DNA of 64,000 nucleotides from Mobula hypostoma (Eukaryota): NCBI RefSeq assembly GCF_963921235.1, contig NC_086109.1:22136001-22200000 (forward strand). Direction: 5' to 3'. Positions 54,061-64,000 of the stretch are shown here, piece after piece (the first letter of the stretch is position 1; every line of letters begins with the position of its first letter). A program made the translations under genes and the position numbers. The notes beneath the pieces were generated by a model that had not been told where the DNA came from, searched no databases, and saw only the letters and a program-made list of their open reading frames with translations.

Positions 54061-54551
54061 TTATAGCAGTCTGCATAGTCATCTAACACCTCTTTAATTT
54101 TGCATTTCTGTTTCTTGGTGGCTGTCATTTCTACATTCTAGTTATTTATTGGGCAATGAATTTTTTTGAACTTCTCATCTTTATGGCCGCTAGATTTTGA
54201 TCCTTAAATAGAGTATTTGGCCATTGTTAATTACTTTGTAGGTTAATGGCAAAAAGAATTGAAGGAATTGTTAGTCACGTGCAAAAGAATAACTTGCAAG
54301 GGTGTAGTGAAATATCGATAAATAGGGACAAAAAGGAGCAAACTTAAAAATGACGGGCTGAATAACCTCTTATAGAATCAAAATATGTAGTAATTAGTAG
54401 AATGCACTTCCATCTTTGGCTTTGTACATTGATAAGAGCATTTCAAAATTCTTATTCCACTTGTACCTCTTGCCTTCAACTGTTAAACAAGTAATTGAGA
54501 AGCTCACCTGCACTTTGTACCTATCCCCTCTTCCACACCACTACTTGATAG

Positions 54552-54758
54552 GTAATTTTTATGGGACGCCAAAGCCTCCTGCAGAGCCTGGTCCCTTTCA
54601 GCAAGATGTAGTGGACCAGGTTGTTCTGGATGACTCTTCGGATGAGGCACAAAGAAAACGAACTACATCTGTAAGCATGATGCAACGAGCTGACACCCTG
54701 GTCCCAGATGAAGATGAAGAAGACGAGCGACCCACTGCTAATGGGACTGGTTATCCAG
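54552..54758 (+). CDS. MAGI3: MAGI3-like coding exon (probable exon 4)
   Basis: Acceptor ttgatag| and donor CAG|gtgagg; 207 bp, phase 1-1. Reads (G)NFYGTPKPPAEPGPFQQDVVDQVVLDDSSDEAQRKRTTSVSMMQRADTLVPDEDEEDERPTANGTGYP; lies within ORF 54416-54898. Confidence 0.93.
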
Positions 54759-55239
54759 GTGAGGGAGAGCAGAATACTGCTCTGACTGATTTGGCAGATG
54801 AACCCTGGTTATTGTGCTTAATCTTGCTCTGCTCATTCACTCACATGGGGCACCCACCACTTCTGCATGGACAGTTTTACAGTAATCCATTGCCATAGTT
54901 AATGTACTGATCACCTTCCTATCAAGGTTTGCAATAGGAAAATAACTGAGGGAGCAATTAAAATAGTCCAGTGATAATGACAGACATAGACCATATGGAG
55001 TCTAACCGCAATCTAATGTAAATTCTTTAACGTAGGCCCAGCTAGTCATCCTGTCAATTTTGTTGTGTACACTTACAAATGGTATACAGGCAACGATCTT
55101 GAGTTTTCTGTCTATTTGAGATTTTAATCTCAGCACAGTATCTGTCCCAGTCATAGAAATATTTAGATTTTGTGCAAACCTTCCTGGCTTTCACATTTCA
55201 ACCTAAACACCGTAATAGAGGGGGTTATTCATTTCTCAG

Positions 55240-55375
55240 GGACAGGGCCCAGCCACACTGATGGGGTCGCAGAATTCAGGTACTTGGATCCTGTTGCCAG
55301 GGAGGACTTGATGGAGCCACTGCCGAGCAATTGGGAGATGGCCTACACTGACAGCGGAATGATCTACTTCATCGA
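55240..55375 (+). CDS. MAGI3: MAGI3-like coding exon (probable exon 5; first half of WW1). Acceptor ambiguous (55240 or 55219)
   Basis: Acceptor ttattcatttctcag| (phase 1) and donor GA|gtgagt (phase 2). Reads ...EPLPSNWEMAYTDSGMIYFI(D), the N-terminal half of a WW domain. Confidence 0.88.
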
Positions 55376-55739
55376 GTGAGTATTATGCATTGGGCAGTGT
55401 CTGGTAAAAGTTGGCAGATTTTCTTGTTATTTATTTACAAGAAGTTGTATAGTGATGTCATTGTAAAACATTCCAGCTGGAGCATAATTAGGCAAATTTG
55501 CCAAGCCTCTTGAAATATTGGGAAAATTGCTCAAATGTAATTGGTTAACTAAATTTTAAGGTGCAATGAGGAGGAGACAAAGACGTCTAGGGAGTGGAAT
55601 TCAGTAAGCCAGAAATGGTCACTGATATTTTCAATGGCTACACCTGCTTCTCATGGGTTTTTTGCTTCAACTCTTGTCTAACATTCAAGCATATCTTGGA
55701 ATGAATGGGAAGAACTTGCATTTGTTTGCTTTTAAATCA

Positions 55740-56700
55740 TAGAATTGTACAGCATGGAAGCAATCCATTTGCTTAACGGCTATGCTAACAAGTGGGTATC
55801 CTTGTGTTTTAACCAATGGCCAAGCATTGATCCATGGTCTTCCAAGCCTAGGTGATTCAAGTGTTCATCTAGGCAATGCTATTAATGACCTTGCTTCTAC
55901 CACATTCTCAGGCAGTGTATTCGGGTACAGTCTGAATAAAGAAAGTCCTCCTCGTATCCCCTTGAATCTCTACTCCTTACTGAAAACCTACGTGCTCTAG
56001 CTTTATCTATGTCTCCTTTGTGGTAAAGTTTCCTGCTGTCTAACCTTTCTGTACTTATTATTTTGTATATGTTAGTCATGTTGCCCCTCTTAACCTCCTC
56101 CACTCCAGGGAGAAAAGACTAAGCTTCTCAGTCTTCTGGTGAATATTGCCGTACTCCATTTTATGTTATCACATCCTATACCTTGGTAATAAGAATTGCA
56201 CAAACACAATGGTGGAGAAACTCGTCAGGCCAGGTAGCATCTATGAAAAAGGGTGAACAGTCTACTATTCAGGCCGAGACCTGTCCTGATGTAGGATCTC
56301 TGCCCGAAACATTGACTGTTTACTCTTTTCCATAGATGCTGCCTGACCTGAATTCCTCCAGTCTTTTACATGTTACTTTGATTTCCAGCATCTGTAGAAT
56401 TTCTCTTGTTTGAAGAATTGCATACTATACTCCAACTTTACAAAACCTTTGTCAGACCTCAGCTGAAATTTAATGTCTCTACTTTCTCTATTCATGATGA
56501 AGCCCAGTATCCTGTCCATCTTTTGCACCAAAGGTCCCTTTATTTCTCAGTGCTTCCTAATACTGTACTATTCAAGGTGTACACCCTGGGCTCAGTATTG
56601 CTCCCAGAATGTATCACTTGATGTTTGTCTAATTGAAGTTTGTAATTTTTCACACTATTTCACCAAAGCATCTATGTTTGACTTCATAATATCCTGAATG
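55740..56700 (-). mobile_element. Old CR1 3' fragment hosting the 56201-56412 insertion
   Basis: aatcatagaattgtacagcatggaagc tail; ORF 55897-56103 resembles RGDMIEVYKI. Confidence 0.65.
56201..56412. mobile_element. Palindromic Penelope-derived mini-element (family 1)
   Basis: Arms about 56205-56281 and 56296-56371 are reverse complements; about 40-nt extension on the right; perfect 10-bp TSD AAGAATTGCA (56191-200, 56413-22). Degenerate hammerhead on the plus strand: CTGATGT...GAAACATT (56286-56313). Confidence 0.85.
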
Positions 56701-56995
56701 ATTTAAAGGCAATGTAATACTTCTGAATACTTGTAATAAATCTGCATGCAACCAAACCTCTATCTCATCTGTACTTTGTGTGCTCAGAAGTGAGGCGAAA
56801 ACTTAAGTAGCCTTGGCCAAAGGTATTGTCTCCAATCTTAATCTTAAATGCACAGAGGTATGAGATTTGGTGACTCCAAGGCAAGGCCATCTTCCACCTT
56901 CTGTTACCTTGGACCCTTCTACTCCCCAATGCTGCCTGTTACTTCCCAACTCTTTTGTGCTCAGTGACCAGCTGAATTCCTCCTTTCTTTCATAG

Positions 56996-57075
56996 TCACA
57001 ACACTAAGACTACCACATGGCTGGATCCTCGGCTTGCTAAGAAAGCAAAACCCCCAGAGGAGTGCAATGAAGGGG
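56996..57075 (+). CDS. MAGI3: MAGI3-like coding exon (probable exon 6; second half of WW1)
   Basis: Acceptor tcctttctttcatag| and donor G|gtaagt; 80 bp, phase 2-1, matching the previous exon. Reads (D)[26 protein letters not shown](E). Not in the ORF track. Confidence 0.95.
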
Positions 57076-58954
57076 GTAAGTAGCAGCTTTATAAATTTAC
57101 TCTTAGTATTTTGAAGTGAAAATGTGTGGATCACTGTTTTTATTTAATGTGCAGTTTGACACAGGCTGTCTTTTGGGATTAAAAGTATTGATTTTTTTTA
57201 CACCAACCTGAGTTGGTGTAACCTATTCCTATTCTTGAATAGGATATGTGCTCTTTTATGGGATGATTGATTTAGACTAATTTGGGCTGAAAGTTATGAC
57301 TAGACAATAAACTATGTATGTAATCTGTTTTGGTAACATTTTATAATGCACGCATGGATGTTTGAATAGGAAAGTGCTCCATGTAACAGGAAACAAAATT
57401 AAGTGAATTTTCTGAATCTAATTGTGGGGTATTTACATGGATCATCCAGTGTTTGAAGTGAAAGAAAATGAGTTATATTTCTGGCAGAGGATAGATGCTT
57501 TAAGGGAATTTGAATGACAGGACATTCAATATCTTTATGCCAATAAGATGATGTGGGTAAAGTGGAAGCAAGTTAAATGAGTAAATGGATTGAAGTGTTT
57601 GTTTCCACACTCTTACTAATATGAGAAAGGGAAGAAACCTGTTGTCTGAGATGCTGTAGCTTTGTCTGGAGAAAGTGACACTGTTAATGCCCATGACCTG
57701 AGGTAAAAAGTTTAGAATACCTATTACGGAATGTAGCTGGGATTAGTTTGCTGTTTTTGGGACAGATTGATCTGAGGGTAAGGAGCATGCATATCTAGGG
57801 CGAGAGGACCATTCTATGCTGAACTGGATGAAGGTGGGTTAGTAATTTCTATAGATTTTGTACCCAACCATTTGCGAATCCAACTATGTATTTGCCAAGG
57901 TTTGCAGGGCAACTTGTCTTGTAAGTGGTGACTGGAAGCCTATGCATTTGTTGATTCAATTTATGTCCTTCCTGAAGTTATCTAATTGTGAGGTTTCCTA
58001 CAACTGTCTGAGTGCAAGTCCCTTTTGGGGGAGGACTGTAATCATTAACAAAATCTCTGTTACATGGACAAGAGCATCAGTGGCTGTCATTTGATTGAGG
58101 GGTTCCAACAGCATCCCAAGTAAGAGTGTATCCTTAAGGATTTTGGTCATCCTGGGATGCCTGTCTCTTCTATGTTGTTACAAAATATATATTAAAAAAC
58201 TAACCTACAGAATTGTGGTTGACACAGTACCATACAAGCCTTTCATTATTGGTCTCATGGACAGTGTGCATTGGCGCAAGTGACTTGTGTCAAGGAAATT
58301 GTTAATTGTTTGGAGAGTAATCTTTCACAGAGGCAATTTAGCTTCCACCCCTGTGCCAAGTGTAAAGTGTGAGCAGCAAATGCCCTGCAGTTGAACCCTG
58401 AGATTACATTACAGCCTGAAGTTGCTTCCTTGTATCTCTTCTTCCTCTTTTCCACCAATTTTCTCTCTTCCTCTCCTGAAGGCACTGACTCCTTGCTGGG
58501 GCATGGTTCCATGGGCACCACCGGTTGCCCTCCAGTATCTCGCCCAAGTGGCCATTCTACATCTGTGGGCCTATACGGTGAGTGTTGGCAGCCTATTCAA
58601 CAGAAGAGGCTTCACTTCTGAGTCTCTTAATTCTGTCTTGCCCTGCTGCCCACACATTGGTGCTTGACTGCACTCTTACTAGTCCTTGGATCATGGGACG
58701 GGTTGAGCTTTGACACCTGACAGATGGAATGGGATTGGCCCTAGAAATTTCCTGTTCAGCCTTTGTTCATTTGGCATCAGAATTGTTCATGTACATCGCT
58801 TTACTTTTGTAGATGTATATAACCCTTTTAATCAACCTGTGGGACCTCTCAAAACACTTGATAGAGTTGGCAAGCCTTTTTTCCAAGTTGGTCACTGTTT
58901 ATGGAGCAAAGTATACTGGACTGGGAGGCATGACAAAAATTTGAATCCTGTATC

Positions 58955-59105
58955 TCATTATGGAGAGGAATAAACAGAGACCCTTTAACAGAACCAAAAT
59001 GCTGACTTTATTCCTCTCCATAAATGTTGTCTGACCTCCCGAGTTCCTCTAGCATTTTGCATGTTTTACTCTGCATTTCCAGTATTTGCAGAATCTCTTG
59101 TGTTT
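58955..59105 (+). mobile_element. Decayed palindromic Penelope-derived mini-element
   Basis: atggagaggaataaacag...ctttattcctctccat inverted pair, followed by gagttcctctagcattttg...tttccagtatttgcagaatctcttg. Confidence 0.65.
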
Positions 59106-59119
59106 ATTGTGTATATTAG

Positions 59120-59340
59120 TTAGCCCATCACCCCCTACTGGGGGAATAGACCGCTGGCAGCAACTCGCCAGAGTCCTTCAGAGCCAGTCTTTTGGATTAT
59201 CAAAGATCCTTCCTCTCGCAGGGATGAAGTCTTTGGAGCTTCTGTTTGCATTTCTGTAGCTCTTTTTTATGAGATGGGTTTCTAGCCCCATGCCCAATCC
59301 TTCTCCTTTTACAGCTGGGTTTGGGACTGGCCATGGCCAA
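59120..59340 (-). mobile_element. Short RTE-related non-autonomous element
   Basis: Reverse strand gtcccaaacccagctgtaaaaggagaaggattgggcatggggctagaaacccatctcataaaaa resembles a recalled RTE 5'-UTR motif; no ORF. Confidence 0.5.
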
Positions 59341-59489
59341 GATTAGCCACTTACTTGCTGGCTGATCCACCAGTGTAAATTCCCCCCCCCCTTTTTTTTT
59401 TTGTTTTTTTTTTGAAGCCTTAAAGTAAATAATCAGATTTAGAGGAGATCAGGTGCAAAACAAAGACGATCTCCATGAGAGATCCCAAG

Positions 59490-62400
59490 AGGGAAAGAGA
59501 GTTGCATAATGCGTACAGGATGACTTTTTGAGCAACTTGTGGTTGAGCCCACTAGGGGATCACCTGTTCTGGATTGGGTGTTACATAATGAAATGGATTT
59601 GATTAGGGAGCTTGAGGTAATGGAACTCTTAGGAGGCAGTGGTCATAATATGATAGAATTCACCCTGCAATTTGAGAGGGGGGAAGCTAAAGTCAGGTGT
59701 ATCAGTATTACAGTAGAGTAAAGGGAATTCGAGGCATAAGGGAGGACTTGGCCAAAGATGATTGGAAGGGAATACTAGCAGGAATGATGGAAGAGCAGTA
59801 ATAGTTGGAGATTTCAGGAGCAATTTGGAAGGTGGAGGATAGATACATCCTAAAGAGGTAGTATTCTAAAGGCAGGATGATACAACTGTGGCTGTTAATG
59901 CAAGTCAAAGCCAACATAAAAGCAAAAGAGGGCATGTAATAGAACAAAAGTTAGTAGGAAGTTAGAGGATTGGAAAACTTAGAAAGCAACAAAAGGCAAC
60001 TAAAAAGCCATAAGGGGGAAAAGGATGAAATATGAAGGTAAGCTAGCCAACAATATCAAGGAAGATACCAAAGATACCAAATATTTTTTTCAGATATACA
60101 AAGAGTAAAAGAGATGCGTGAATAAATATTCGGCCACTGGAAAATGACATGAGAGACAATGGGGGACAATGAAATAATGGATGATCTGAATCAGTGTTTT
60201 GCATCAGTCTTACTGTGGAAGACACTAGTGGTTTTCTGGAAGTTCAGGAACATCAGAGGACAGAAGTGTGTGCAGTTACTATTACTAGGGAGAACATGCT
60301 TGAGAAACTGAAAGGCCTGAATGTGAATACGTCACCTGGACCAGACAGACTATATCCAAGGTTCTGAAAGAGGTAGCTGAAGAGATTGTGGAGGCATTAG
60401 TAATGGTCTTTCAAGAATCACTAGATTACGGAATGGTTCTGGAGGACCAAATTGCAAATGTCATTCCAATCTTAAAGAAGGGAGAGGGGCAGAAGAAAAG
60501 AAATTATAGGCCAGTTAACCTGACCTCAGTAATTGGGAACGTGTTGGAGTTTATCGTTAAGGATGTAGTTTCAGGGTGCTTGGAAGCTAGTGAAGTAGGC
60601 CAAAGTCAGCATTGTTTCCTTAAGGGAAAATCTTGCCTGACAAATCTGTTGGGATTCTTTGAGGAAATAACAAGCAGGATAGACAAAGGAAAATTGATGT
60701 ATTGAGGAAGCAGGGAAGCTACAGAAGGACCAAGACAGATTCAGAGAATGGGCAAACAAACGGCAGATGGAATACAGTTTCAGGAATTTTATGATCATGC
60801 ACTTTGGTAGAAGGAATAAAAGGATAGATTGTTTCTATGAAATTAGAAAAAGAGAAGCCGAAATCTGATGTGTCGGTGTTTCAGTGGAGTAAAGGAAACT
60901 ACAGTGGCATGAGAGAGGAACTGGCCAAAGTTGACTGGAAAGAGACACTGACGGGAAAGACGGCAGAGCAGCAGTGGCTGGAGTTTATGTGAGAAATGAG
61001 GAATGTGCAAGACAGGTATATTGCAAAAAAGAAGAAATTTTCGAGTGGAAAAAGGATGCAACCGTGGTTGACAAGAGAAGTCAAAACCAAAGTTAAAGCT
61101 AAGGAGAGGGCATACAAGGAAGCAAAAATTAGTGGGAAGACAGAGGATTGGGAAGTCTTTAAAAGCTTACAAGAGGAAACCAAGAAGGTCATTAAGAGAG
61201 AAAAGATGAACTATGAAAGGAAACTAGCAAATAATATCAAAGAGGATACTAAAAGCTTTTTCAAGTATATAAAGAGTAAAAGACAGGTGAGAGTAGATAT
61301 AGGACTGATAGAAAGTGATACTGGAGAAATTGTAATGGGAGATGAGGAGATGGCAGAGGAACTGAACAAGTATTTTGCATCAGTCTTCACTGAGGAAGAC
61401 AGCAGGATACCGGACACTCAAGGGTGGCAGGGAAGATAAATGTGCGCAGTCACAATTACGACAGAGAAAGTACTCAGGAAGCTGAATAGGCTAAAGGTCG
61501 ATAAATCTCCTGGACCAGATGGAATGCACCCTCGCGTTCTGAAGGAAGTAGCTGTGGAGATTGCAGAGGCATTAGTGATGATCTTTCAAAAGTCGATAGA
61601 TTCTGGCATGGTTCCGGAAGACTGGAAGATTGCAAATGTCACTCCGCTATTTAAGAAGGGGGCAAGGAGGCAAAAAGGAAATTATAGACCTGTTAGCTTG
61701 ACGTCGGTGGTTGGGAAGTTGTTGGAGTCGATTGTCAAGGATGAGGTTACAGAGTACCTGGAGGCATATGACAAGATAGGCAGAACTCAGCATGGATTCC
61801 TTAAAGGAAAATCCTGCCTGACAAACCCATTACAATTTTTTGAGGAAATTACCAGTAGGCTAGACAAGGGAGATGCAGTGGATGTTGTATATTTGGATTT
61901 TCAGAAGGCCTTTAACAAGGTGCCACACATGAGGCTACTTAACAAGATAAGAGCCCATGGGATTACAGGAAAGTTACATACGTGGATAGAGCGTTGGCTG
62001 ATTGGCAGGAAATAGAGAGTGGGAATAAAGGGATCCTATTCTGGTTGGCTGCCGGTTACCAGTGGTGTTCCACAGGGATCAGTGTTGGGGCCGCTTCTTT
62101 TTACATTGTACATCAACGATTTGGATTATGGAATAGATGGCTTTGTGGCTAAGTTTGCTGACGATACGAAGATAGGTGGAGGGGCCGGTAGTGCTGAGGA
62201 AACGGAGAGTCTGCAGAGAGACTTGGATAGATTGGAAGAATGGGCAGAGAAGTGGCAAATGAAGTACAATGTTGGAAAGTGTGTGGTTATGCACTTTGGC
62301 AGAAAAAATAAGCGGGCAGACTATTATTTAAATGGGGAAAGAATTCAAAGTTCTGAGATGCAACGGGACTTGGGAGTCCTCGTACAGGATTCCCTTAAAG

Positions 62401-63820
62401 TTAACCTCCAGGTTGAGTCGGTAGTGAAGAAGGCGAATGCAATGTTGGCATTCATTTCTAGAGGAATAGAGTATAGGAGCAGGGATGTGATGTTGAGGCT
62501 CTATAAGGCGCTGGTGAGACCTCACTTGGAGTACTGTGGGCAGTTTTACTCTCCTTATTTAAGAAAGGATGTGCTGACGTTGGAGCGGGTACAGAGAAGA
62601 TTCACTAGAATGATTCTGGGAATGAGAGGGTTAACATATGAGGAACATTTGTCCGCTCTTGGACTGTTTTCCTTGGAGTTTAGAAGAATGAGGGGAGACC
62701 TCATAGAAACATTTCGAATGTTGACAGGCATGGACAGAGTGGATGTAGCAAAGTTGTTTCCCATGATGGGGGAGTCTAGTACGAAAGGGCATGACTTCAG
62801 GATTGAAGGGCGCCCTTTCAGAACAGAAATGCGAAAAAATTTTTTTAGTCAGAGGGTGGTGGATCTATGGAATTTGTTGCCATGGGCAGCAGTGGAGGCC
62901 AAGTCATTGGGTGTATTTAAGGCAGAGATTGATAGGTATCTGAGTAGCCAGGGCATCAAAGGTTATGGTGAGAAGGCGGGGCAGTGGGACTAAATAGGAT
63001 AAAATGGATCAACTCATGATAAAATGGCGGAGCAGACTCGATGGGCTGAATGGCCTACTTCTGCTCCTTTGTCTTGTGGTCTAAACAGGAAGAAAATTCA
63101 AGAAAACAAAGGTGCAAAAGGACTTGGGGTTGTCATGCAAGATTCCCCAAAAATTAATTTGCAGGTTGAGTTGGTGGTGAGGAAAGCAAATGCAATGTTA
63201 GCATTCGTTTCGAGAGGACTAGAATATAAGAGCGTGGTTATAGTACTGAGGCTTTATAAGGCACTGGTGAGGCCTCACTTGGAGTATTGTCAGTGTTTTT
63301 TTTTGTCCCTTATTTAAGAGCTGATGTTGGAGTAGGTTCAGAGCAGTCTCATGTAAATGATTCTGGGAATGAAAGGCTTATTGTATGAGGAGTAATTAAT
63401 GGCTCTGAACATTTATTTGCTGGAATTTAGAAGAATGTGGGGGGATCTTATTGAAACCCATCGAATGTTGAAAGACCTAGATAGAGAGGATGTGGAGATG
63501 ATATTTCCTGTGGTGGAAGAGATTAGGAAAAGAGGGCACAACCTCAAAATAGAAGGGCGTCCATTTAGAATGAAGATGAAAAATTTCTTTAGCCAGACGA
63601 TTGTGAATCTGTGGAATTCATTGCCACAGGTGGCTGTAAGGGCAAGTCATTGGCTGTATTTAAGGTGGAGGTTGATAGGTTCTTGGTTAGTTAGGGCATG
63701 AAAGTTTATGGGGAGAAAGCAGGAGAATGAGATAATGGATCAGCCATCATAACATGGCGGAGCAGACTCGATGGGACGAATGGCCTAATCCTGCTGCTAT
63801 GTCTTCTAGCCTTATGGTTG
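59490..63820 (+). mobile_element. Older CR1 LINE (59490-60837 plus 63081-63820) interrupted by a younger CR1
   Basis: Degenerate ORF2 pieces (59539, 60388) stop at HFGRRNKRIDCF and resume with LNRKKIQE...LGVVMQDS at 63081. Confidence 0.9.
60838..63080 (+). mobile_element. Younger 5'-truncated CR1 LINE ORF2
   Basis: ORFs 60996-61439, 61440-62015 and 62019-62993 share one frame (nonsense codons, no frameshifts) and carry the full RT motifs including KFADD; CR1 3' UTR runs to 63080. Confidence 0.96.
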
Positions 63821-64000
63821 TATCTCTTTTTAAGATGCTGGAATCTGTAGCAGCAAACACTCTGGAGGAAGTAGGCCCTCATTCAGGGTTTTGATCTGGA
63901 ACATGGATATGCCCACCCCAACCACCACAGTGCTAGTGCTGTTTGATTGCTGGTTCCTCAGGCAGATTGTGATATTCAAATAGAAATTTGCAACAGCCTC

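Noticed and set aside
54545..54558. Recursive splice site AG|GTAATT at the exon start
   Set aside because: The GT is explained by the split Gly codon (G|GT) of the conserved DGNFYG motif; there is no other evidence.
57076..64000. Next MAGI exon (WW2, ELPYGWE...)
   Set aside because: Not found; the region is mostly CR1, so the exon is probably beyond the window.

Overview
Eukaryotic, repeat-dense vertebrate DNA, most likely from a cartilaginous fish (shark or ray). That assignment is inferred from the repeat complement: CR1 LINEs, HE1/V-SINE-like SINEs and Penelope-like elements. One host gene is supported: a MAGI-family membrane-associated guanylate kinase, closest to MAGI3, on the + strand. 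Five internal coding exons are present (50107-50223, 51562-51681, 54552-54758, 55240 or 55219-55375, 56996-57075), encoding the GuK-like region and the first WW domain. Positions 1-50106 are therefore probably part of a very large intron 1, and 57076-64000 is the following intron. The remainder is mostly transposon debris, often nested: CR1 LINEs (old and young), an RTE-X-like LINE, Rex/Babar-like LINE fragments, tRNA-derived SINEs, Tigger/pogo and hAT DNA transposons, and Penelope-like elements. The most notable observations are: (i) two Penelope-like families carrying minimal hammerhead-ribozyme motifs and inserting as inverted-arm units with a one-sided tail and a target-site duplication; (ii) a CORE-type SINE whose 3' tail matches the RTE-X LINE in the same window; (iii) a roughly 350-bp palindrome inside a Tigger derivative; (iv) a CpG-rich, apparently repeat-free candidate internal promoter just upstream of the first exon seen. 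Repeat family names come from recalled motifs, not database searches, and most repeat boundaries are approximate.
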